Virus record (IMG/VR): IMGVR_UViG_3300018962_000001
Coordinates: 124,001 to 188,000 of that record
Reading direction: 5' to 3' (one strand)
Length of the DNA: 64,000 nt
The notes under the pieces are model-generated. The model was not told the DNA's origin. It searched no databases and saw only the letters and a program-made list of their open reading frames with translations. Of the stretch, positions 6,949-17,162 are shown one piece after another. Position numbers and translations under genes: made by a program. Position 1 is the first letter of the stretch, and each line of letters opens with the position of its first letter.

Positions 6949-9900
6949 TTATCCCGCGCGCAGGCGCGTGATTTCTGCTTCCAAGGTTTCCACACGCGCA
7001 ATGAGTTCTTTTAAGGCGACCAGCTCGGCCAGCGGCAGCTGCGATAAATCGCTCGTCAGCACCGGCGATCCGTCGATCAGGCGGTGATCGGCGTGGGTTC
7101 CCACCCATTCCGGGGCCACTCCCTGTAGCTCCTGGGCGATAAAGCCCACGGCAGATCGGCCAGCCGTGGTTCCGCCCAGACCATTGAAATCGAATCGATC
7201 AGGATGGGGCAGCCGCTTAATAAACTCAATCCCGTGCTCATAGGGCCGGATGTTCTCTTTCACACGCCGATCGGAGCTGTCGGCAAACGTGCCGCCACCC
7301 GGTTTGTACACGGTCGTGTCAAAGTACACGGCTCCTGGCGTGATCCCAATCTCACGATACCACGTGACGGACTCACCACGATACCCCGTCCCGGTTCGTT
7401 TGCGTGACCAGAAGAATCCCCAGGTTTGGGCATTCGCGTCCACTTCCATCATGGCCGCATTTGGATTGAAGGTTCCGGTATCCGTGCCCCATACACAGAT
7501 CCCCGGTGAGCGGAGCAGGTTGGCTTGGCTTGTTGGGTAGGCATGGAATAATAGCCCGATCGATTGCCCATAGGGATGATAGCCCCACCAGCTCCATCCG
7601 GCATTGCTTGCTGCGTTTAATTCCAGGCAGGGCCGACTGATCGAGGGCGATCCGTTGGCGTGGCGGAACGGACCCACCGAGATTGCGCTCATGCCGGTAA
7701 TAATGCCGGTGCCATTAATAGCATCGACCGTGACTTTTGCTCCTTGCAGAGTGGCCCCTGTTCCATTGAGCGTCACCAACGACGATCCACACACCAGGCG
7801 TGAGTCCGTTGTACCGACCTGAAGGAGTCCCTGATCGCCCACAATATGCGGGGCATTCGTGTACTGATCGCGCGCCAGTACCCGATACCGCGCTTGTCCA
7901 TAGACTCCCGCATGCACCACTTGAATGTAGTGGCCGATCCCGACCGGCGACCCTCCTCCATCGACCTCATGGGTGATGCGATCTTCGGACACCAGCCGCG
8001 CTGCGGTATCATACCAGCGATAGAGGAAGTAATCATCTGCACGGTTGATCGTCATACCTGCCGCACTTAAGATGAGATTCCCGCCTCCGGCCAGCACTCG
8101 ACCTGCCGCGCCGACAAACAGATCCCCGCTTACATTCAGTGACCCGGTATTCGCACTCACTGCCGATAGACTACTGGCCCGAATGGTATCTGACACAATC
8201 AAGTTGCCATGAATCTGCGCGTGGGCGATCTGCCGCAGGGACGGATTATAAAAGTCGTTGCGAACGGTCACTCCGGCATTATAGAAGTTCAAAAACCGAA
8301 GCCGAATATAGCGTGTGTTGGGAAGCATCCGATAATGCCAAAGCACGTTCTTGCCCTGCGGAATTTCCGGCTCCGTCGCACTTTGCCGAAGGAGATACAT
8401 CGCGAGATCGCGCCATTCACCGCCATACACCGATCCATACCACCAGTACGGGTTGAGCTGATCCGCTTCCCAGGTACGATTAATCGCGTGAAACGGCGTG
8501 ATCGCGATCGCTTGTTTATTCTCATCATAGGGCAAGAGGCCCACGAATCGGGTTCCGGTTGCGTCAGGATGATCGGAATACACGCTCAGGGTAAACTCGT
8601 AGGAACTATTCGGATCGACCTCGATCAAATCACTATGGACGATCGCATCACCACTGGTCGTGAGGCGTAACGTCCGCACCGGCACGCCCTGCTTGGTTCG
8701 ATCCATGACCAGAGTGCCCGCTGTTTCCCATCCGATCCAGCCGGTGAGTCGGTTGGTTTGTGAGAAGTTGTTGAGTAAATTGCTGGGTGATCCGAGGACA
8801 AGCTTTTGCGCGGTAATCGTTCCATCTTGCAGATGCACGCCACGCAGCTGCCGCCGTACATCGACCTCATCCAGATAGATGCTGAGGGGCGTTGCGGTGG
8901 TTGCGGTTGTGCGCACCGCGAACGATGCCCAGAGAACACCAGGAGGGACCGTATAGACATATTCGAACAACGTCCACGTTGCCGGGATCGGCACCCCACT
9001 GATGACATCCGACACGCTGGTCCTCGCGGTTGCGGTAATCCAGTCGCCCACGACATCAGCATTGGCTTCTTGCAGGCGTAGTGCGAACTGCCCCGCCCCG
9101 CCGGTGCCCATCACCTTGACGCGCACCGTATAGGTTGCGCCAGGGGTGACCGGAATCTTGCGTGCGCCCACCGCGCTGCTGGTGCTGGTGGTGCATTGAA
9201 TCGATGCTCGACCTTCGGTACGGTAGGTCGTCGAGATCCCCAGGGTGCCTGATCCTTCCACGATCGTCCACCCTTCGGTCCCGGCCTCGCCGGAGGGATT
9301 CAGGATCAGATTGTCACTCCAGGTTCCGATGGCAATCTTGGACGCCGTGATCGAGTTGGCGGCCAGCGCTGCCGCGGTGATCGTGCCGGTCTGAATGGCT
9401 CCGCCATTGATATTCGTAATCCCCCCACCATTCCCGACGACACTGAAAGCCGATCCATCATATTGAATATACTCACTGGCACTTCCGAAACGGAAGGTGC
9501 CATTATTTCGTATATAGACCGGCCAGGTGGTCCCCGTATAATAGCCGAGGTACTCTGCTGTCAGGTTTAACCCAGCCGTTGGCCCCCCGCCCGTCAAGGC
9601 TGCTCCATTGATAGCCGACGATCCCGGCTGAATCGTGACCTGGCCCTTCACGGCGAGAGTCGATCCATCCCAGCTCACGCCGCTCGTCAGTATGCCGTTT
9701 GCGGTTGCTCCAACGCGGAAGATACTGGTATGCGCGGGCACGCCATTGGGCGGGGTGGCTCCCGTGGTTTGCAGCCATACCCCGTTGCCGGACAACCAAT
9801 CCGTCGCCCCTGATCGGATCGCGCCACCACGCGCTACGACCAGGCCCGTGGATTCAAGCTGCACAGCGGGATTCGCCGCTGTGCCGCCAAAGCCGCCACG

Positions 9901-12873
9901 AGTCCACCAGAGCGTTCCTTGATTGTCGATGCGGCCCGTTTCCTGGCTGCCGAAATACCCCGAGATCGCCGACGTGGACATGACAAAGCCACTGCTTGTC
10001 GTCCCAACTCCCGGAGCACTTTCGACAATCAAGCCTTCGGTCAAGGACAGGCGGCGACCCATAAACAGCTGCGCGGCCTCATAGGTTTCGACCCGGATTT
10101 CACTTAAGGTGGTCGCCTGGGCAAAGTGGACGATCAACCGCCGTGTGGTGATATTCCGCACCAAGCGAGTTTCCGGGGCGATGTGGATGTCGCCGAAGCG
10201 CCAGGTTCGCGCATAGCTGGTCCCGATCGCCTGGAGTGGTTCGGCGACATAGAATGCTGCATGCGCTCCAGGGACCGTCTCGGCGACCCGCCGAAGGAGG
10301 ATATTGCCTGGTGTTCCAACGACCGTATGATCACTCGCACTATTGGCAACCAGGGCTGTTAACGTCCCATCAGTCTGCTCAAATTCGATCCACCAGGCGG
10401 GAGTCACCGCCGTTGCCGCGGCCAGGGTCAGTCCCGTGATATTGCGGGCAAGCGGAAACTCGATCGTAAACGACTCGCCAGCGGCGATCGGGATCGCGTC
10501 GGTATCCATCCGGCCATTGACCAGCGCCTCGATGCCTGGGTCGGACGCCGGGCGCAGCGTTGAAAACATGCGGAGCTGCTGCATCGTTGCCAGATCATGG
10601 AATCCGAGGTCGAGCGCCGCAACCATGATCTCCGCTGCCGGACTATACGGGCTTACCCGATTAAACACATCCTGCCAGCGATATTGGACCCGATAAGTCT
10701 GGGCCGCTGGGGCAAAGACGGTGGTGCGGCGATCCGGGGCCGGGATGGGGATCAGCAGATCCGGCGCGAGAATCGCATCACTATTGGGCGCACTCAGAAA
10801 GGGTGCTCCGTCAAAGAGCATCTGCGTGCTGCGAAGGAAGGCGGGCAACGGCTCTGTGACCGGAACACTGGCCGTCATTTGTTTAAAGATCGTCTCGATC
10901 GCGGGCGGGGTGCGGGGGGCTGCCGCGATCGGAGCAACACAGATCCGGGTGACCCACGCGCTGCGGCCCGCCGTGGGACTTGTCTGGGAAAAGACATCGA
11001 TGGATCGAATTGCAACCATCACGGTGGATTCCGGGTAGCGGGCGTGATCCGGCGACTCCGGGCTATCCTGAAGGTTCTCCGCAAGGGTGTATGTTGCGCG
11101 CACCGGCTGGCCCGGCAACCCGACCCGACGCCGAATCACTGCCTGAGACGATCGCCACTCCACCTCATAGCCCATCCAGGCCCGGCGCATCACTGGGGGC
11201 GTCCAGGTGACTTCCAGATCAGGGGTTGCGGTTTGTGCATTGTCCCAGGTGCTGATTAACTGGCTCGGCGGATCGGGCGGCGTTGGGTAGCGATTCACGA
11301 TCCCAACCCAGGCAGAGGTTCCGCCCAAGAAGACATCGCGCCGTCGTATGCGCAGGAATACCTCGCTTCGTAATCCGACCGTCACATGCGTGTCATACCG
11401 ATAGATGATCTGCGACGGATTCCCTGTCAGCAGCCCCGCGTGCAGCAGTTCAGTCTGATCGGCAGACCACCACTCGTACTCAATGCCCCGCCAACTATCC
11501 CGCGCCGCGACGTGATCCCACGTCACCACAATATCGAGGTCGGGTCCAGGTGCGGGTGTTTCGGGCGACCACGAGGTGCGTACTCCGGTCGGGGGACTCG
11601 GCGGCGAGGGATAGAGCACAGTCACGCGCTCCGATTCCGTCCTGCGCCCGAAGGCATCCTGCGCCGCGACGACCAGGCGCAGGTGCGCAACCGGCTGTTG
11701 GTCCGCCGCTTCGCTATCACTGGCATTTTGATCGAGCCGATACGTGTACTGCGGTGATCCTGCTGCAAGATCCACGATTCGCCGCGGGGACCCATCGAGA
11801 TTCAGAATGGTTAATTGATAATTTACAAGGGCCGGAAGGACCGGCTGGCTGTGCCAGCGCAGCGTCAAATCCACCGCGGGATCGGCCTCATCACGCCAGT
11901 TCATCCGGCTCCACAGGGGCGCAGGCAGCGGAGGATAGCGCGCACTAATTGCCGCTGGAGACGAGCGATTCCCATCGTGATCGCGCGTGCGGATGATGAT
12001 CGTCACCGCCGCCGCCGCCGCCGGGCCATCGCTCTGGTTGTCCTCAATCGCATAGGTGAACGTGCTCTGGATTCCGGCGATCTCCACGATCCGGCGCACC
12101 GATCCCTGGAAGTCTTGCACTTCCACGGTGTAGCCTGCGAAGTCGGACGGGATTAAGTCAGGATTCGTCCAGCGAATTGTAAGGCTGGGGTCCGGCAGCG
12201 AGGACGCCTCCCAGGAGGCACTATGCGTAGCCCCAGGCCGGAAATCAAAGCGGACGGGATCGGGCGGTGTGCGATCCGCCGTTGCGATCGCCGTATGTGG
12301 AGTGCTCCACTCGCCGGTTTCGCCAGTGCTTAGGACTGCCTGGACGTGGACCTGATACTCGCCAGGCGGAACGATGATCGTCCCTTGGTGGTCCGACGCC
12401 GGAACCCGGTGATCATGAATCGATCCTGTGGTCGATCGGGCTTGGAGTCGATACTCAGCCAGATGGGCGACCGCGACTCCTTCCCAGAACCCCGTTAGTT
12501 GCTTTACGCCACCCACCACAGCAGGATCACGCCACACGGGCGGCGCAATGCGTGGGGCGGTTGGGCGGGGGGCATACGATGGCGCGGAGCGGCGATCGGC
12601 GGTGGCGACCGCCGCCACCAGGCCCACGATCACGCCATCCCGGATCGTGACGGTTGGTGTTGTCCCCCGCTGCACAGCGGCAGCAAGGTGATCCGTGAGA
12701 TCGCGTCCGGCAATCGGCATCACGAGCGCACTGGGAGATCCCGCCATTCGAACGCGCGCGGTTTGATCATCTCGACTAACGCGATCCACATTCCCTTCGT
12801 GAAAACTCACCGAAGGAGTGGTGAGCGCGGACACCACGCGCCGCTGGATTGCTCGCAGATCTCGATTCGCCAT
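6949..12873 (-). CDS. Central tail fibre/spike: FN3-like repeats, two CBM-like domains, beta-rich shaft, C-terminal peptidase S74 intramolecular chaperone
   Basis: SSDRRVKENIRP...GFIAQEL...LKELIARVETLE (S74 + coiled coil); repeated L.I.W..P....Y.V FN3 units; NLILNPSGE / NLLNN CBM starts; IQTGTITAAALAANSITASKI repeats. Confidence 0.9.
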   Translation of the reverse strand: MANRDLRAIQRRVVSALTTPSVSFHEGNVDRVSRDDQTARVRMAGSPSALVMPIAGRDLTDHLAAAVQRGTTPTVTIRDGVIVGLVAAVATADRRSAPSYAPRPTAPRIAPPVWRDPAVVGGVKQLTGFWEGVAVAHLAEYRLQARSTTGSIHDHRVPASDHQGTIIVPPGEYQVHVQAVLSTGETGEWSTPHTAIATADRTPPDPVRFDFRPGATHSASWEASSLPDPSLTIRWTNPDLIPSDFAGYTVEVQDFQGSVRRIVEIAGIQSTFTYAIEDNQSDGPAAAAAVTIIIRTRDHDGNRSSPAAISARYPPLPAPLWSRMNWRDEADPAVDLTLRWHSQPVLPALVNYQLTILNLDGSPRRIVDLAAGSPQYTYRLDQNASDSEAADQQPVAHLRLVVAAQDAFGRRTESERVTVLYPSPPSPPTGVRTSWSPETPAPGPDLDIVVTWDHVAARDSWRGIEYEWWSADQTELLHAGLLTGNPSQIIYRYDTHVTVGLRSEVFLRIRRRDVFLGGTSAWVGIVNRYPTPPDPPSQLISTWDNAQTATPDLEVTWTPPVMRRAWMGYEVEWRSSQAVIRRRVGLPGQPVRATYTLAENLQDSPESPDHARYPESTVMVAIRSIDVFSQTSPTAGRSAWVTRICVAPIAAAPRTPPAIETIFKQMTASVPVTEPLPAFLRSTQMLFDGAPFLSAPNSDAILAPDLLIPIPAPDRRTTVFAPAAQTYRVQYRWQDVFNRVSPYSPAAEIMVAALDLGFHDLATMQQLRMFSTLRPASDPGIEALVNGRMDTDAIPIAAGESFTIEFPLARNITGLTLAAATAVTPAWWIEFEQTDGTLTALVANSASDHTVVGTPGNILLRRVAETVPGAHAAFYVAEPLQAIGTSYARTWRFGDIHIAPETRLVRNITTRRLIVHFAQATTLSEIRVETYEAAQLFMGRRLSLTEGLIVESAPGVGTTSSGFVMSTSAISGYFGSQETGRIDNQGTLWWTRGGFGGTAANPAVQLESTGLVVARGGAIRSGATDWLSGNGVWLQTTGATPPNGVPAHTSIFRVGATANGILTSGVSWDGSTLAVKGQVTIQPGSSAINGAALTGGGPTAGLNLTAEYLGYYTGTTWPVYIRNNGTFRFGSASEYIQYDGSAFSVVGNGGGITNINGGAIQTGTITAAALAANSITASKIAIGTWSDNLILNPSGEAGTEGWTIVEGSGTLGISTTYRTEGRASIQCTTSTSSAVGARKIPVTPGATYTVRVKVMGTGGAGQFALRLQEANADVVGDWITATARTSVSDVISGVPIPATWTLFEYVYTVPPGVLWASFAVRTTATTATPLSIYLDEVDVRRQLRGVHLQDGTITAQKLVLGSPSNLLNNFSQTNRLTGWIGWETAGTLVMDRTKQGVPVRTLRLTTSGDAIVHSDLIEVDPNSSYEFTLSVYSDHPDATGTRFVGLLPYDENKQAIAITPFHAINRTWEADQLNPYWWYGSVYGGEWRDLAMYLLRQSATEPEIPQGKNVLWHYRMLPNTRYIRLRFLNFYNAGVTVRNDFYNPSLRQIAHAQIHGNLIVSDTIRASSLSAVSANTGSLNVSGDLFVGAAGRVLAGGGNLILSAAGMTINRADDYFLYRWYDTAARLVSEDRITHEVDGGGSPVGIGHYIQVVHAGVYGQARYRVLARDQYTNAPHIVGDQGLLQVGTTDSRLVCGSSLVTLNGTGATLQGAKVTVDAINGTGIITGMSAISVGPFRHANGSPSISRPCLELNAASNAGWSWWGYHPYGQSIGLLFHAYPTSQANLLRSPGICVWGTDTGTFNPNAAMMEVDANAQTWGFFWSRKRTGTGYRGESVTWYREIGITPGAVYFDTTVYKPGGGTFADSSDRRVKENIRPYEHGIEFIKRLPHPDRFDFNGLGGTTAGRSAVGFIAQELQGVAPEWVGTHADHRLIDGSPVLTSDLSQLPLAELVALKELIARVETLEAEITRLRAG

Positions 12874-12877
12874 TGCC

Positions 12878-15800
12878 TTACTCCCGTGGTTGATAGTAGC
12901 GAGCGCGGACCAGGGCGGTTGCATTTTGCTCCTGGAGCCGAACCGTCATTTGTGCGCTCATCGCAGGACTCTGCTCCTGCCGCTCCCAGGAGCGCTGCAC
13001 GCCCATGATATACAGGGGGCCATTGGTATCGTCGAGCGTGTTGGTAACCTCGACCAGATCAAACCGTTCATATTGAAGGGACGGATGCACCGGATACGCG
13101 CGCGGACGGAGACTTCGCTCAATGGTTAACAACTCTTGCCAGGCGCGCTCCCGACATTCGTCCTCATCGCGTAATCCATCAACCGAGATGACCCGCCACA
13201 GGAGTCGTCCGATTCGCTCCGCGATGGTTGGCGAGTACGCTGATCCCCAGATTTGAAGGCCACTTGCGGTTTTGGAGACGACCCGGATGGCGCACGGCAA
13301 CTGGTCATAGGCCACGCTATAGCCGCCCCCCATGATTCGCGCATCGCGCAGCGTTCCAACCGGCGTGTGGGCCAGGGTCCGCCCCACACGCAGCGTTCGT
13401 CCATCGGCGACCATCCAGGCTTGGCGACCCTCCAGCAGCGTCGTCAGATATTTATCGAGCGTTTCCCCTGGCGGAATCGGATCGTAGTTGGCGAGGCCAA
13501 GCCACGGAATGCGTACCTGATAAATCGTCGTCGTTTGATGGGTGCCACCGACCATCCCTAGTCCCGCCGAAAGACCCCAATACCCTTCGGCTACCAAGGT
13601 CTCATCGTAGAAGGTCCGGGCGAGGACGCCATTGGCGTACACGCTATACCACGGTCCATCGACGACAAAGCGAAACCATGTCCGCCCCTCCCCATTCCCA
13701 AAGATCGGCACGAGACTTTCCGACTCGGCAAATCCCACAAAGGTCGGGCCTTCCGGCTGGGGCGCGTTCACATATAAGCGGACACGCGCCCAGCGCGGAT
13801 CAGTGGCATCGACACACCCACCGCCAATGGAGATCGTGAGCAGGGCATACCGTTGTCCGTCCGGACTGGCGCGCGCCAAGATCCCAAATCCGCCGGTCCC
13901 CTCCATTTGCATATCGAGATCGATCACGAGATTCTGCGCCCAGACCCCGCTTTGCAGCCCCCAGATCCGATACATTGGAGCACGCCCAGTATCCACATAC
14001 TGGAGGCGGCCCGGATCGACACGCCAGTGGCTTTCCGCAGGCTGGCCCGCGAGATCGCGTCCGCCCAGGACCGTCCAGCCGTTCAGTGATCCCGAAGCCC
14101 AGCGCTCATCCAGCTGGGCTTCGGCGCGGAGATGGGTAAAGCCGCGTTGCGTCGCGATCCGGTGTAAGAATTCCTCAACGGTGGTTTCGCGCTCGTGACT
14201 CACGACCCGAATCATATCAAAATGTGTTGCGACTGCATAGTCGTTGATCGTAACGGGTTTTTCGGGATCATTGAGATCCTGATGGGAATACAGCGCCGTT
14301 TGGACCTCCAAGGGCGGAATCTCGACTCGAACCGCACAGTTGGCAGTGGATTGCAGCTCTCCGTAGCTCTGTCCATCTGGTCCAGCGAGCAAGACATCCA
14401 AGAGGGGCACCGGGTCCTCAATATTAATATAGGTAAATCCATCGATCTGCACGAGAATGCGGTGCATTTGGTGAGTCACTTCGACCTCATGGAATTGCGG
14501 CCAGGTCGTTTGCGCTCCCTCAATCATCGGCACGGCGCTGGATCGTGCCAGCAGGGTCCGATAGATGTTCTGCCGGAGGTCACGGGTGGCTTTGCCCGTT
14601 TGGGGATCGCGATACTCATACGTTGCTCGGACTTTCCACAGCTCCATCCCGACGCAAGTCCGCCCCCACTTCACAATATAGTATTGTGAGAAGTCGCTGG
14701 ATGCGCCGAACACAATGCCGACTGTTTGACGACCTCCCAGATCGGGATCTTCTGGCATCACCGTGATCGCATGATGCGGATGCATGGTGCGGACGTTCAC
14801 CGCAATGGTGACCCGCCCTGCCAAGCCGGTGGTAAATCCGAGCCAGTGGACACCGGGTTCCATGCCCCCCTCGTCGTGGGAAGCGGTCGTAATATACTGT
14901 TCGCCGTGCGCTTGATCATTAACCCAGCGCCATTTTGACTGGGCCACCGGCACCAGTGCTTGCAAATCCGATTCGGTATCAAAGCGATAGGTGACGCGCT
15001 CTCCCGGATCGGGCACCACAATGGCGCGATCGGTTTGGCCGTGCCGGATCTGATTGCTATAATCCGTGGCTTGTACCTGAAGGGTCCCCGCCACGTTCGC
15101 AACATCCTGGGGTCCGACCTGATCAATATGTCCTTGAAACACCCGCACAAGCTCGGTGTCTCGCCAGACTGATTCGCCGGTTGTGTACGCGCTCACCTGG
15201 GAGCCGTGTTCGAGCTGGGCTGCGTCTGCGAAAAAACTCTGGTGGAGATCCGTGACTCCGGTAAATCGCACAAAAAAGGCCGCGTGCGTCCGATCCGGCT
15301 GATCTGCCCGAAACGGGGCGGACACTCGTCGCCAGGTGCCAACTGCCTCGGCGACCAAACCGACGAGCAGCACCTGCGCCGCCGCCGCCACCGCGCCGCC
15401 GCGATACACGGCATGCAGCTCGATCGTCCCGGTGCCGGGAACTGTCTCATTGCGGACATGGATCGAGAAGGTATCGGTGACCGCAGGATCGATCGGCTGA
15501 TCCGTCACTCCGACCTGAAGAAACGTGGTTGGTTGGACCGCGATCACATGCAGCCCAACCACGCCGTCATAGGCCGCGTGGGCACTTCGCTCCAGATGAG
15601 AGGCCGAATCCCCCGTCGTCCATCCGACCGAATCTGACTCGACCGAAGGATTCCGCAGCCGGTTGACCAGCGTGCCCTGGCCGACATAGCCCGCCCGGAT
15701 CTCCAATTCTCCCCCATAGCGAACAAGGGGATGATCGTGATACAGGCGCAGCTCATTCTTCAGCGTAATATCTCCCTGTGCCGCCGCCGTTGGGTTTTCG

Positions 15801-17158
15801 GGTTCATCGACCCGAACACTGCGAACATGCGCCGTTACATCCAGTGCGGGGCCTTCAATCCCGCGCAGGGGATCACCGAACAGGCTCGTTGGTTCGGTGC
15901 GCCAGAGGCTATCATTCCCGACCAACCAGAGTGCCTTGCGCCACAGGATCGGCGTGCCCCAGTTATAGGGCGCTCCTTCATTGACGGGATCATAGCCGGG
16001 ATCACCCGGTCCTGCGCCGCTGGACTCTCCAATATAGTAGGCATCTGACCAATCTCGCCCATTGGTGCTGTAATACAGCACGCCGTGCCGGGCATGCACA
16101 AAATCGCTATCACTCAGGATACGACGGCCTGCGAGAACGACCTTATCTCCGATCCGACTTGCCCGAAACCCACGAATCTCATCTTGCTCAGGCTCAGCGA
16201 AATCGATAGCCTCGACGGGATAATGATCGGAAAACATGCGATTTTCATAGAGCACGGCAGCGGGTCGTCCCGCCAGATCATCCATATACACCAGCACACA
16301 GCTCCCGCGATCAGGGTCAACGATGGCCGCCGTAAACTGAAATTCTCCATCCCAGAATGCCTGCGAGGAGACCAACCGGGCACGAGTGCTACTCTTAATA
16401 TGCCGAGTCCGTTGCCAATAGGCGTTCGGACGGGACACGCCCTGGGAGTCCGTGCCGGAAGGGAAGAGTTGCCAGGCATGGAGATCAATCCACATGGTGC
16501 CCGGATCGCCATTGGTATGTCCGGCGTGTTGGCGCGAGGCAGCAAACAGGAGATCGGGCCGCGGCGCGGCCAGCGCCGTAAGATTCCAGTGACGACTCCC
16601 GTCGAGGCGCACTGGGTTAAGCCAGGACATCCCCGGTCGGGTTGGGTGCCGCATCGAATCTTGATACCAAATCGCGCCATCGTGCTGGCTAATCCAGAAA
16701 CAGCGGAGCCAGTGCCCAACCGAGGCTGAAAAGGCAGCGACCGCTTCGCGCGTCCCTTGCAACATGGTTGCGTTGGGGACGCGCGACCACTGCTGAAGCA
16801 GCGAAAGGACGCTGGTCTCGGCAGCCGTTCCAGGCACCGTGTTTAAAAAGATCGGTCCTTCCCGCCAATAGCGTTGGGGAACCCCAAAACTCCGCACCAG
16901 CGTATCGTCGGGAGTGACGCACACAGAGCCGGTGGTTCCACCTCCATGAATGGCGTCCGCTCCTTGCCACCCATAGGCCGCCCCAGGACTTCCAGCGGCT
17001 TCCATGCCGGTTGGAATGACACCGGCTCGGCCCGTCCGCGAATAAATGCGATTCCACCGCAGAACTGTTGGGTTGGGGCGGATAACCGCCTGGACTCGCG
17101 GCGTTTGAATCGCCGCGGAATCGGCGCGGAGAAAGTCGAGACTCAGATCCGTGCGCAC
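12878..17158 (-). CDS. Tail tip / baseplate hub protein with inserted CBM-like and lectin-like domains
   Basis: 1426 aa; LDVTAHVRSVRV...GDITLKN...ELEIRAGY and VFQGHID...ATD hub motifs split by an NRLRNPSVE...DAAQLE CBM; hub-like C-terminus. Confidence 0.8.
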   Translation of the reverse strand: MRTDLSLDFLRADSAAIQTPRVQAVIRPNPTVLRWNRIYSRTGRAGVIPTGMEAAGSPGAAYGWQGADAIHGGGTTGSVCVTPDDTLVRSFGVPQRYWREGPIFLNTVPGTAAETSVLSLLQQWSRVPNATMLQGTREAVAAFSASVGHWLRCFWISQHDGAIWYQDSMRHPTRPGMSWLNPVRLDGSRHWNLTALAAPRPDLLFAASRQHAGHTNGDPGTMWIDLHAWQLFPSGTDSQGVSRPNAYWQRTRHIKSSTRARLVSSQAFWDGEFQFTAAIVDPDRGSCVLVYMDDLAGRPAAVLYENRMFSDHYPVEAIDFAEPEQDEIRGFRASRIGDKVVLAGRRILSDSDFVHARHGVLYYSTNGRDWSDAYYIGESSGAGPGDPGYDPVNEGAPYNWGTPILWRKALWLVGNDSLWRTEPTSLFGDPLRGIEGPALDVTAHVRSVRVDEPENPTAAAQGDITLKNELRLYHDHPLVRYGGELEIRAGYVGQGTLVNRLRNPSVESDSVGWTTGDSASHLERSAHAAYDGVVGLHVIAVQPTTFLQVGVTDQPIDPAVTDTFSIHVRNETVPGTGTIELHAVYRGGAVAAAAQVLLVGLVAEAVGTWRRVSAPFRADQPDRTHAAFFVRFTGVTDLHQSFFADAAQLEHGSQVSAYTTGESVWRDTELVRVFQGHIDQVGPQDVANVAGTLQVQATDYSNQIRHGQTDRAIVVPDPGERVTYRFDTESDLQALVPVAQSKWRWVNDQAHGEQYITTASHDEGGMEPGVHWLGFTTGLAGRVTIAVNVRTMHPHHAITVMPEDPDLGGRQTVGIVFGASSDFSQYYIVKWGRTCVGMELWKVRATYEYRDPQTGKATRDLRQNIYRTLLARSSAVPMIEGAQTTWPQFHEVEVTHQMHRILVQIDGFTYINIEDPVPLLDVLLAGPDGQSYGELQSTANCAVRVEIPPLEVQTALYSHQDLNDPEKPVTINDYAVATHFDMIRVVSHERETTVEEFLHRIATQRGFTHLRAEAQLDERWASGSLNGWTVLGGRDLAGQPAESHWRVDPGRLQYVDTGRAPMYRIWGLQSGVWAQNLVIDLDMQMEGTGGFGILARASPDGQRYALLTISIGGGCVDATDPRWARVRLYVNAPQPEGPTFVGFAESESLVPIFGNGEGRTWFRFVVDGPWYSVYANGVLARTFYDETLVAEGYWGLSAGLGMVGGTHQTTTIYQVRIPWLGLANYDPIPPGETLDKYLTTLLEGRQAWMVADGRTLRVGRTLAHTPVGTLRDARIMGGGYSVAYDQLPCAIRVVSKTASGLQIWGSAYSPTIAERIGRLLWRVISVDGLRDEDECRERAWQELLTIERSLRPRAYPVHPSLQYERFDLVEVTNTLDDTNGPLYIMGVQRSWERQEQSPAMSAQMTVRLQEQNATALVRARYYQPRE

Positions 17159-17162
17159 ATGC

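Noticed and set aside
6949-8100. Diversity-generating retroelement acting on tail spike
   Set aside because: No reverse transcriptase and no template/variable repeat pair seen.
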